Notes under the pieces: generated by a model
The model's input: the letters and a program-made list of their open reading frames with translations, nothing else
The model's database searches: none
What the model was told of the DNA's origin: nothing
Origin: Octopus vulgaris
Lineage: Eukaryota
DNA length: 64,000 nt
Assembly: GCA_951406725.2 (NCBI GenBank)
Contig: OX597824.1
Span: forward strand, 60,574,001-60,638,000
Reading direction: 5' to 3'
Made by a program: the position numbers and the translations under genes
Part shown: positions 26,815-37,575 of the stretch, one piece after another
Layout of the letters: each line of letters begins with the position of its first letter
Numbering within the stretch: position 1 is the stretch's first letter

Positions 26815-27206
26815 AGAGTGGCTGTGTGGTAAGTAGCTTGCTTACCAACCACATGGTTCTGGGTTCAGCCTCACTGCGTGGTACCTTGGGCAAGTGTCTT
26901 CTACTATAGCCTCGGGCCGACCAAAGCCTTGTGAGTGGATTTGGTAGACGGAAACTCAAAGAAGCCCGTGGTATGTATGTATATATATATGTATGTGTGT
27001 GCGTATATGTTTGTGTCTCTGTGTTTTTCCCCCAAACATCACTTGACAACCGATGGTGGTGTGCTTACGTCCCCATAACCTAGCGGTTCAGCAAAAGAAC
27101 TGATAGAATAAGTCCTGGGATCGATTTGCTCAACTAAAGGCGGTGCTCCAGCATGGCCACAGTAAAAGGACTGAAACAAGTAAAAGAGTAAAGAGTAAAG
27201 AGAGTA
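26815..27206 (+). mobile_element. SINE family A, near full-length
   Basis: Head, core and (AAAGAGT) tail. Confidence 0.9.
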
Positions 27207-27239
27207 TCTAAAGAAAAAATGTTGTAACATGTAAAGAAA

Positions 27240-27660
27240 TATCAGACACGTTGAAAGAAGAAAGGAGAGTAAACGGAGGAGAGAGCAGTTCCTTAAGAAC
27301 TCTTATGAGGTTAATAGAAAGTTGTTTGCCGAGGTTAAGAGTGATAGGCTAAAAGGCATTAAAGATAAGCTGGACTGGCATATACAGGAGACCTACAGTG
27401 ACCCAAAGCGAGATCAACCGTTCCTGCTCATGAATGGTTTGAAACGCCCAAAGAAACCAGGTATCAAGTTTCACCTTGATAATTTCAGTAGGAAAGAAGT
27501 AGATAACTTCGTTAAGAAGGCAAGTACAGCAGAAGGTAATGCAGTACCATGCAAAATGTACAAGTATTGTATTAATTACGTTATAAGCTTTACCCACTAC
27601 TGAGAGAATTGTGGTGTAAAGGTGAACTTACAGATCTATATTTAAGAGATGAGGAATCAT
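27240..27660 (+). mobile_element. Non-LTR retrotransposon fragment (pre-RT region, possibly HERO-like)
   Basis: LFAEVKS..L..H...YSDP.R..RP.KP..F and GNAVPCKMYKYC resembling APGPNGVPYKVYK.C. Confidence 0.5.
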
Positions 27661-27694
27661 GTACATTATTTACATTATTTATATTTGACGGATA

Positions 27695-27776
<82 letters not shown>

Positions 27777-27780
<4 letters not shown>

Positions 27781-28070
27781 ACCACTGCTTGGAATTGAAC
27801 TCGGAATCTTGGGGTTAGCAGCCCGCGCTCTTAACCACTACGCCATATGCCAGTGGGTTGCTAACCCCAAGATTCCGAGTTCAATTCCGTAATAATAATA
27901 ATAATAATAATAATAATGATAATAATAATAATAATAACATCGAAAAATACCTTAGGAATGAAAACCCAGGTTCGAAATTTCCCCAAGACACCTGATGAAG
28001 ACTGGAGGGTATGTCAGCCGAAATGTTGTATTAACAACAAACAAGATGGGGATAAATATCCGTCAACAAG
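27777..28070 (+). mobile_element. tRNA-headed short element (family H) with 5' inversion and hammerhead
   Basis: Complete tRNA-like head on minus 27777-27851, partial head on plus 27855-27888, (TAA)n, body, HHR. Confidence 0.8.
27988..28031 (+). ncRNA. Minimal type I hammerhead, intact CUGAUGA/GAAA core
   Basis: ACAC-CTGATGA-A-GACTG..CAGCC-GAAA-TG-TT-GTAT; single mismatches in helices I and II. Confidence 0.75.
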
Positions 28071-28074
28071 AAAC

Positions 28075-28253
28075 TATGACTTTACAACCAGCCAGGCAAA
28101 GTCTTCGCTACATTTGCGGTACCTGCCAGAGGGAGTGTTTGTCCAGGATAGGGCTACACAGCCACAGCAGGAGATGTATTAGACATGAAATGTAAAAGCC
28201 GGACTAGATTATTTTATGCGCAACTCCATTGTCTCCCGAGACAAAAAGGATGC

Positions 28254-28258
<5 letters not shown>
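28075..28258 (+). mobile_element. RTE LINE 3' end
   Basis: YICGTCQRECLSRIGLHSHSRRC C2H2-type tail followed by TCCATTGTCTCCCGAGAC..GGATGCC 3' UTR. Confidence 0.75.
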
Positions 28259-28318
<60 letters not shown>

Positions 28319-28321
<3 letters not shown>

Positions 28322-28978
28322 ATATCTATAAATCTGAAATGCGAAAAGTTTGTTTGTTTGTCTGGTTTTGGCATTGGAACGGATTAAATGGCACTAGATC
28401 CCGTCGGATTGACTCCAAAATTTACAGGGACATGTAAAATGAGGTGAGGATGTGAAAAATCCCTATCTTAAAAAGTGTGGTTACCAGGGCAAAAAACGCA
28501 CACTTTGACAAGTCTCCTCTCATTCTCTTATCTGCCTGTCTTCCTCCGTCTCTCTCTCTTTCCTCCCTTCGATTCACATTTCTCTCTATAGCGACGTTTG
28601 ACAGTGTCTACTATCTTTCCCCCGCTGCCTTCGCCAGCGCTATCACTCTTTCTCCTACATCCTCTCTCTACGTCTGTCTGCATTCATAGAGAGAATTATT
28701 ATCGCCACACCCACCACACAATCATGAGAAAAAATATCAATCAGATATTTATTGGGTTAATTTATGTGTGTGTGTGTTCTATATATAAATATGTATATAT
28801 AATGTATATATACAAAGTGTATATATCTGTATTTATATATATAGTGGTTTTATCTCTTATTTAATTTATATGTATGTATATATATATATATAATTTGTAT
28901 ACATTTGTATATATAGTGCGTACACACACACACACATATATATATAATGCGTATATATGAACATATATATATTTAATG

Positions 28979-29022
<44 letters not shown>

Positions 29023-30109
29023 GTGTGCATTATGTGGTCGGTTGAGCTGAAAATATGTACACCTATGTTAAAAGTGCTGGCAAGTTTGCATGGCAACTAT
29101 TTTTTTCCTCAAATGAAAGGCGTGACCTCTGACAAAATTCCTCATCTTATAAATGTGCCACGAGTAGACCCGAATGAAATCGGGTTATATTGACCAAAAT
29201 GTGAAAAGGGGTCTAAATGGGGCTGGAGGAGGATGAAAATTTACAGGAGCGGGTGTTTAGGAATTCTCTGTTACATCAAGCTAAAAAATTTGCGTCAGCT
29301 TTTAAATCGTCAATGTGTTGCCGTCCAACGTGAAGAAGTTTTGAATGCTTGCCATGGTGAGTCTACTGTCGCGAGAGAGAATCACGTCAAATCTTAGAGT
29401 TTAGGAATTTTCTTTTACATCAAGTTCAAAATTTTACGCCAGCCGTTAAACTGCCACTACGTTGCTGTCCGTTGTTAAGAAATGCCAGCCATGGTGAGTT
29501 TACTATCATCAGATTCTATCCCTTCAAATTTTGATTTCCAATATTGTTTTTATTTTTATTCAGCTCGCAAGTTCGTCTGTCCCTTTTAAAAGTTAGTGTT
29601 TTGCTGTCTGCCTTGAAGCAGACCTTTCTGTTATCACTGCCTGATATTTATGATTGATCTTTCAAAATATTTGATTTCTCAACTTACTCAATATCTTTTG
29701 AAAGCAATAATAATTCTCTAGACGAGATATAAACAGTAACTGCTCCATAACATAAGGGACATCAGCCATCTGAATGTGGCTAGGGACAGGGCAGGGCGGT
29801 GGGGTGGGATAAATGCATCAGTAACACCCCCACCGCCCTGCCCTGTCCCTAGCCACATTCAGATGGCTGATGTCCCTTATGTCAATATCTTTTGTTTTTT
29901 ATAAATGGGAGAGAGATAGATAGAGAAAGATAGAGAGTAAGAGAAAGCGAGGGAGAGTCCGAGAGAAAGAAAGAGTAAAAGAGTGGGAAAGTGAGAGAGA
30001 AAGGAGAGAGAAACAAAGAGAGAGAATGTGGTGATAAAAAACAGAAAGAAAGCAACAGAAAGTAACAACCACACTTTTACCCGCGCGTAGAGCGGGTCAC
30101 CTTAAGCTA

Positions 30110-30110
<1 letters not shown>
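28319..30110 (+). mobile_element. Non-autonomous Helitron, copy 1
   Basis: TC start; 3' hairpin CCCGCGCGTAGAGCGGG then CTAG|T; homologous to 34320-36300. Confidence 0.85.
29701..29881. mobile_element. 181-bp insertion with 13-bp TSD and ~55-bp perfect inverted repeat
   Basis: TSD TCAATATCTTTTG at 29688-29700 and 29882-29894; absent from the second Helitron copy. Confidence 0.85.
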
Positions 30111-30184
<74 letters not shown>

Positions 30185-30353
30185 ACTGCCCGAATCAGTA
30201 AGAACGTCTAGTAAACTTGACTGATGAAAGAAGGCCACAAATGACCCATCTTATATTTTTTTCCTGTCCTTTAATTGATGCTTCTCTTGTCCGCCTTTGT
30301 ATCGTCTAACTATCCGAACGTTTTATTGTCCTCTATTGCATTTTTGTTCCATT

Positions 30354-30422
<69 letters not shown>

Positions 30423-30426
<4 letters not shown>

Positions 30427-30690
30427 GTTGTCCGGAAAGTTCGTGCCGACTTTTAAAGGAAAGAAAAAGTTCAATAAATACTTGCCATTACATTTTTAGT
30501 CAATCAAATATGAACCATTTTGTTGCACAATGCGTCTCCATCTTTTCTTTAGATTGAAAATACCCTCTTCCCAGAATTGACGTGGTTTCATGGCAAAGAA
30601 TTCATCAAGGTATCTTTTTACGTCACCCAAGGAATTGAAATTTTTCCCATTAAGACTATTCTACAGAGGCCTGAATAAGTGGAAATTCAA
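30423..30690 (-). mobile_element. Mariner 3' end fragment
   Basis: TA+TTGGGTTGTCCGGAAAGTTCG TIR; minus-strand FHLFRPL.NSLNGK.FNS..DVK.YL.EFF. Confidence 0.7.
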
Positions 30691-30699
30691 CACGGGGGC

Positions 30700-31080
30700 C
30701 TACATTAAGTGACTGTATGAGTTAGTGTTCCCCTAGTTCAAGACGGTGACTGCTGGGAGAAACTATGTTTGGCAACAGGATTTATACACCATACTGCATA
30801 AGCAGAAGGACCCCGTCATGGCTGTCAGACAATTTCTGCGACAACATCACTCCCAAACATTTGGCCACCTAACTCCCCAGACTGCAATCCCCTTGATTAT
30901 CATGTGTGGGGTGCAGTCGAGCGAGAGAACGACAAAACTCATTGTAACACTAAAGATGACCCGAAGGCAACAATTATGGCAGCATTCACCAACTTAAACA
31001 AGGAGTCCGTCCAGAACAGTTTCAGGAAATTCCGAAGTCGTCTGGAGACCGAGGTTGAAGGCAATGGCGATATTCTTGAA
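30700..31080 (+). mobile_element. Tc1-like transposase C-terminal fragment
   Basis: YVWQQD and WPPNSPDCNPLDYHVWG motifs. Confidence 0.8.
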
Positions 31081-31174
31081 TATATATATATATAATATAA
31101 ATAAAAAGTATATATAGTCATATATATATACATATATGTACATACTGACATATATATGTGTGTATACATACATA

Positions 31175-32000
31175 TAAATAAAGAAATGGAGTTTAACGCA
31201 GGTGTAATTCAAATTCTTTTACTTCCGACACATGTTTCGAAGATATCACTGATATTATTCCAAAGAAATAAAATGGTGTAAAACAATGTAATCTTCTCTT
31301 CAGGGAAGTGAAGAAATGAAACTTGTCAATAAGACGTTTTAACAGAAAATGATGGATATGTATAGTGATTAACTGAACGCTATTGAGATTGTTTCAAAAA
31401 AACTTTATAAGATATAACGTCAGAGGTAGCCTATAGAAAGAGGAGGGATAAAGTAAAAAAAACTAAATAAATGAGAAGTATATGACTATATGTATATTAA
31501 ATAAAACCTTATATACTAGGAAAATATATATTTAGTGAATGTGAAATATAAAAAGAAAATTAATGTATAGATTATATATAATGATAGAGATCACTTATAT
31601 GAACTAAAGGTGTGTTTTTGCCAATGTTTACATTTGTATGCACGCTCTATAATCGTGTTTACTAGGAGATTTTTAGAAAAAATAATGAAAAATAGTTCAG
31701 AATTACAGAGAAGACAGAATTCCTTGCCTTTGTCATAAGGTATTGAGATTGAGAGAATCAACCAATCTAAATTAAACTGTTTATTGTGGTCTTTTAGATC
31801 CCAAATTAATTTACTGAGCCCTGTACTGTTACGTTTATTCCTATCCCTAAATGTCGAGTAATAATTAGAAATCCTTCTTGATAACTGTAAAGACGTGCTT
31901 TCAATACAAAAATATACTTGATTATGATTAGTAATTTTACACTGGTATATAGAGTTTTCAAATTTAGAGTTACTTGACGTAAACTTGATTCTGTTGGAAT
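31175..32000 (-). mobile_element. PLE 3' fragment: GIY-YIG endonuclease plus pLTR-like tail with HHR
   Basis: [46 protein letters not shown]; HHR ~280 nt downstream. Confidence 0.85.
31221..31309 (-). ncRNA. Type I hammerhead ribozyme, canonical
   Basis: Minus ACTTCC-CTGAAGA-GAAGAT..ATCTTC-GAAA-CATGTG-TC-GGAAGT; perfect 6-bp helices I and II; GUC site at 31227. Confidence 0.9.
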
Positions 32001-32165
32001 TGACTTCAGATACCGATAGGATAAGTAACAGGCTTAAATAAATAAAAATACTGCGGCCATGAAGTATTTTAGTTGAACTAAAATACTTCATGGCTGTGCT
32101 CCAGAATGGCTGCATTCTAATGACTGAAACAAGTAAAATACAAAAGTAAAAAGTAAAGTAAAAAG

Positions 32166-32255
<90 letters not shown>

Positions 32256-32787
32256 CATACATACATACATAGATATACGTTTGTGTGTATGTATGTATAT
32301 TATTATTTACAGCACATATACACACACATGCGCGCGCGCACAGGCACACACACGCACACAATGTAGGTAGGGTAAAATCCAAGGTGTATCCTCTTGAAAC
32401 ACATCTGCTTACTCAAGTATTATTGTCGAGCATGTAGTTGTATTTATGTTAAGTACATACTGAAGTTGAAAATTCAGGAAATATTGTTCGCAGAGTTATT
32501 ACATATCAAAACAAAGGAAGCTGGAATATTTTTTGGGCATTATTTATTCACAGTTGCACGTGTTTCATTTGCTAATAGAAATTACAATGTTGTACTTGTT
32601 GGGTAAACATGTAAGACATCTCCTATTTGAAGTCTTTTAGGCAGAGAAACAAATAATACATAATTTACATCTGGATGAAGCGTTTATACAAAGTTAGTAA
32701 TCACTAGCAATATAGAAAGCTGAGAGAAAGAATAAAGTCGTAAAGGAAAGGGTGAGATAGTTTGATTATATACATCCGTTCATATAT

Positions 32788-32855
<68 letters not shown>

Positions 32856-33455
32856 ACACGCAAGTAAGTACATAAATGCAGGACAAAGTGGAGAAAATAG
32901 TTCTCGAATATTAAATGTAGAGTAATATGCTTTTTATCAAAGCCTAAAAAATCTTGCTCGGTTATTTCTACTCAGTTTATTGCATTTGAAAAATTTTCAT
33001 GTCGGCCGTCAGTATCATCTTTGATCGAGTTGGTAAGGTTGATCTGGTCACTCGAGGAACAGAGATTGCAGTCAAAGTATCATGGAATACAATTTGAAGT
33101 AAGATTCTTGCTTCAGCATATATCCTTTTGGCTCATTGAAATAATTATCATCAGAACCATTAGAGGAATTTTAATTACACTTGCAAGTTCTTCTATGCAA
33201 TTGCCGGCAGCAAATCATCCAATGTGCTTGGCTCAAATAATGGGAATGTATTTTATGCCTTCAGTGCTTTCAATGAGAATGAATATACCAGTAGAATGTT
33301 GATCACTTATAAATTCTCGGAGAATTACTATTCAGTAACTACCATCGCTGGTTTGAATTTATCCTTCTATTGAATGCCCTCTCTAATATTGGTTTTCTCT
33401 AAATTGCTCACCAACAGGCACCAGAAAAGAACCCCTTATGATTTTCGTTTATATA

Positions 33456-33617
33456 GGCGTAGGAGTGGCTGTGTGGTAAGTAGCTTGCTTACGAACCTCA
33501 TGGTTCCAGGTTCAGTCCCACTGCGTGGCACCTTGGGCGAGTGTCCTCTACTATAACCTCGGGCCGACCAAAGCCTTGTGAGTGGATTTGGTAGACGGAA
33601 ACTGAAAGAAGCCCGTC

Positions 33618-33620
<3 letters not shown>
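33456..33620 (+). mobile_element. SINE family A, 5' half
   Basis: GGCGTAGGAGTGGCTGTGTGG head and core. Confidence 0.88.
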
Positions 33621-33664
<44 letters not shown>

Positions 33665-34016
33665 TATTCTCGAATATTAAATAGTTCTCGAGTCATTTAT
33701 TGGTTCTTCGTAAAATTGTTAAGAAATCTGTCCACGTGTCATTGAAACCAGTGATAGCATTTTAAATATAGGATTCCTTAAGAGTCAATATTAAAAAAAA
33801 AAATTCTTTCATTTGGTTCAGTCATTGGATTACAGCTATGCTGGGGAACTGTCATGAAGGATTTTAGTCGATCAAATCGCCTTTTAAATCTGGTACTTAT
33901 TCACTTGGTCCTTTTCGCCGAACCACCAAATTACGGAGACGAACCAACAGCAGTTGACACACAATATAACGATAAACACAAGCACATACGCACACGCACA
34001 CACACATACACACACA

Positions 34017-34076
<60 letters not shown>

Positions 34077-34319
34077 GACTTTTAGAGAATATCACTCAAC
34101 CAAATTCATACATAAGCGTTGTGCTATAACAGGAATCACTTGACATTTTAGTGGGGATTTTTTCCATATCCAGAAGCAGTTTTCATATCACCTCACAGTT
34201 AATAAATACGTTTCTGCATATATCTACTATTTGTTTTCACAGCCAACCTCACATATTCTCAAAACTTCTTGAATTTCTATTGTTGAATCTCTCTTTAAAT
34301 ATATATGTATATATATATA

Positions 34320-35483
34320 CTAGCTGAAGGTGACCCGCTCTACGCTCGGGTAAGAGTGTGGTTGTTACTTTCTGTTGCTATCTTTCAGCACGTAAAAAGC
34401 ACCATCCGAACGTGGCCGATGGCAGCGCCGCCTTGACTTGCTTCTGTGCCGGTGGCACGTAAAAAGCACCAAGCGATCATTGCCGCTGCCAGCCCCCCTG
34501 CCACCTGTGCCGGCGGCACGAAAAAAGCTCCCACTACACTCACAGAGTGGTTGGCGTTAGGAAGGGCATCCAGCTGTAGAAACACTGCCAGATCAGACTG
34601 GAGCCTGGTGCAGCCTCCTGGCTTCCCAGACCCCGGTCAAACTGTCCAACCCGTTAAACGATGATGATGATGATGATTCTCCCTCTTTGTTTCTCTCTCA
34701 CTTTCCCACTCTCTTACTTTTCTTTTCTCTCGGACTCTCCCTCGCTTTCTCTTACTCTCTATCTTTATCTATCTATCTCTCTCCCATTTATAAACAACAA
34801 AAGATCTTGAGTAAGTTGAGAAATAAAATATTTTGAAAGATCAATCATAAATATCAGGCAGTGGCAACGGAAAGGTCTGCTTCAAGGCAGACAGCAAAAC
34901 GCTAACATTTAAAAGGGGCAGACGAACTTACGAGCTGAATAAAAATAATAAAATATTGGAAACCAAAGTTTGAAGGGATAGAATCTGAGGATAGTAGAGT
35001 CACCATGGCTGGCATTTCTTAATGACGGACAGCAACGTATTGACAGTTTAACGGCTGGTGTAAAATTTTGAACTTGATGTAAAAGAAAATTCGTAAACAC
35101 CAAGTTTTGAAGTGATTCTTTCTCACGACAGTAGACTCACCATGGCAAGCATTCAAAACTTCTTCATCATGGACGGCAACACATTGACGATTAAAAGGCT
35201 GGCGCAAATTTTTTAGCTTGATGTAACAGAGAATTCCTAAACACTCGCTCATTTAAATTTTAATCCCCTTCCAGCCCCATTTAGACCCCTTTTCACATTT
35301 TGGTTAATATAACCCGATTTCATTCGGGTCTACTGGGGCCACATTTTATAAGATGAGGAATTTTGTCCTAGAGGTCACGCCTTTCATTTGAGGAAAAAAA
35401 TAGTTGTCATGCAAACTTGCCAGGACTTTTAACATAGGTGTGCATATTTTCAGCTGAACCGACCGACCACATAATGCACACAT

Positions 35484-35540
<57 letters not shown>

Positions 35541-35871
35541 ACGCATTATATATACAAATGTATACAAATTATATATATATATATATATGTATAAATTAAA
35601 TTAGAGATAAAACCACTAATAGGCAAATGAAACAGTGAAAAACCAAAAACCAAAACATAAAAATAAAAATATAATATATAAAATATATAAAATATAAAAT
35701 TGAAAAATTTAAATTATTTAAATTAAAAATAAAAATTATTAAATTATATTTATAATTTGTTTAAAAATATATATAACTATCAAAAAGTATTAAAAAGTTT
35801 AATATACATAAATACAGATATATACACTTTGTATATATACATTATATATATACATATTTATATATAGAACA

Positions 35872-35903
<32 letters not shown>

Positions 35904-36300
35904 TATAAATGAACGCAAGAAATATCTGATTCATAATATTTGTTCTCATGATTGTGTGTTGTTGGTGGCGATGATAATTCTCTCTACGAATGCAGACAGA
36001 TACATAAAAGAACGCCGTTTGACGAACTTATAAAGGGAAACTGAAGGGGAGTTAGAGGGGAATGGAGGAAATAGCGTGAGTGAGGAAGACAGATACGTAA
36101 AAGAATGGAAGTGAACTTGTCAAAGTGGGTTTTTGGTCCTAGCAACGACACCTTTTAAGATAGGGATTTCTAACCTAGCCCACGGGCATCGTCACCTCAT
36201 TTTATATGTCCCTGTAAATTTCGGAGTGAATCCGACGGGATGTAGTGGCCTTGAAAGCGATCCAAGCGGTGGAAACGCATTTCAGTTTTATATATAGAGA
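34320..36300 (-). mobile_element. Non-autonomous Helitron, copy 2 (inverted relative to copy 1)
   Basis: Minus strand TCTCTATATATAAAACTGAAATGCG start; hairpin CCCGAGCGTAGAGCGGG..CTAG end. Confidence 0.85.
34385..34677 (+). mobile_element. RTE-related SINE 3' part nested in the Helitron
   Basis: GTTGGCGTTAGGAAGGGCATCCAGCTGTAGAAAC motif, internal GCACGTAAAAAGCACC repeats, (GAT)n tail. Confidence 0.7.
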
Positions 36301-36301
36301 T

Positions 36302-36615
36302 TACTTGTTTCAGTCATTAGACTGCGGCACTGCCTTGAAGAATCCTTAGTGCTGACTTTTTTAAAGTCTGATACTTATGCTATCGAACGCTAAGTTACGG
36401 CACTTAAATGCACTGACACCGGTCGTTAAGCGGTGGTGGTGGACAAACACAGATACAAGGGCGCACACACACACACATATACGACGGGCTTCTTTCAGCT
36501 TCCGTTCACCAAATCCACTCATGAGGCTTTCGTCAGATACTTGCCTAAAGTGTCACGCTGTGGAACTGAGCCCGGACCCTTGTAGTTGGGAAGCAAGCTT
36601 GGTACCACACAGCCG
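36302..36615 (-). mobile_element. SINE family A, diverged
   Basis: Core and head similarity. Confidence 0.75.
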
Positions 36616-36639
36616 CGTCTGCAAATATGTATATATATA

Positions 36640-37575
36640 TAGCTGAAATTTACAGAAAAACAATATACGAAGACAGGTGTATAAAAAAAACAAGCAGGTG
36701 TATTAGTTTGACGCTTGAGAAGGTGAGAAAGTCTTTTACGTTTCGAGCCTACGCTCTTCAACAGAAAGGAACACGATGAAATAAACAGAGAAAAAAACCC
36801 CTGTGGATTTAGCGGTGATTCATGGCGACTGGTTGGAAAAAAGCAGTTGGACAGGAGAGCTAGGAAGAAAGGGAGATAATAAAGTACTGGTGATCCCAAA
36901 ACGAAGGTGTGTGTGTGTGTGTGTGTAAGTGTGTGCGTGTGGATAAAGGCTAGTGACTTTGACGTGTGGATGTGTGCGTGTGTGTGTGCGTCTGTAATGT
37001 GTGGGTGTGTGGGTGATGGTGTGTGGGTGTGCAGATGATGGTGTGGTGTGGGTGCTGGGAAGTAGTCAGTGCTAGTGTGTGTGGAGTGGTGTGGGGGTGG
37101 TGTGGTGTGGCGGTGTGGGGATGTGAAGGTGGGATGTGGGTTTGGGGTGGGGATATGGGGGTGGAGGTGTGGGAGTAGTGGTAGGGTATGTAGGAGTGGG
37201 AGGTGTGGGATAGGGTGTGGATGGAAGGAATATCAAAGAAGGCAGGTGTGTAGGAGTGAAGAGAGGAAGTAGGTGTTGGGGTGAGAGAGGAGAAGTGGGT
37301 AAGAGTGAAGAGAGGAAGTCGGTGTCAGATGAAGTGGGGAGGGGAATTGAGTCCATGTGGCGCAAAGGAGCGAAGAGAGAAGATTAATTCTTGTTCGCGG
37401 TGAAGGCGGGAGTTCGGATGGCCCCTGTGCAAAGACAATCCGAATACCGACAGGTGTTGTAATGAATGACCAGTAGAGCGGAAATGGCGCGAGACCAGGA
37501 TGTCATTGCCGAGTCTAATGTCTTGGAGGTGCTCCGCGAACCGGTCAGCCAAGCAGCGTCTCGTTTGACCTTTGT
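36640..37575 (-). mobile_element. PLE 3' end (GIY-YIG endonuclease, C-rich tail, HHR)
   Basis: YKGQTRRCLADRFAEH..VSRHF..GH..REQELIFSLRSFAPHGLN; tail similar to 63395-64000. Confidence 0.85.
36733..36768 (-). ncRNA. Minimal hammerhead with atypical CUGUUGA core
   Basis: Minus CTTT-CTGTTGA-A-GAGC-GTAG-GCTC-GAAA-CG-TA-AAAG. Confidence 0.7.

Noticed and set aside
32880-33450. Possible very old PLE endonuclease tail on the minus strand
   Set aside because: Only a weak L.I.E...I...P.I resemblance; too decayed to call
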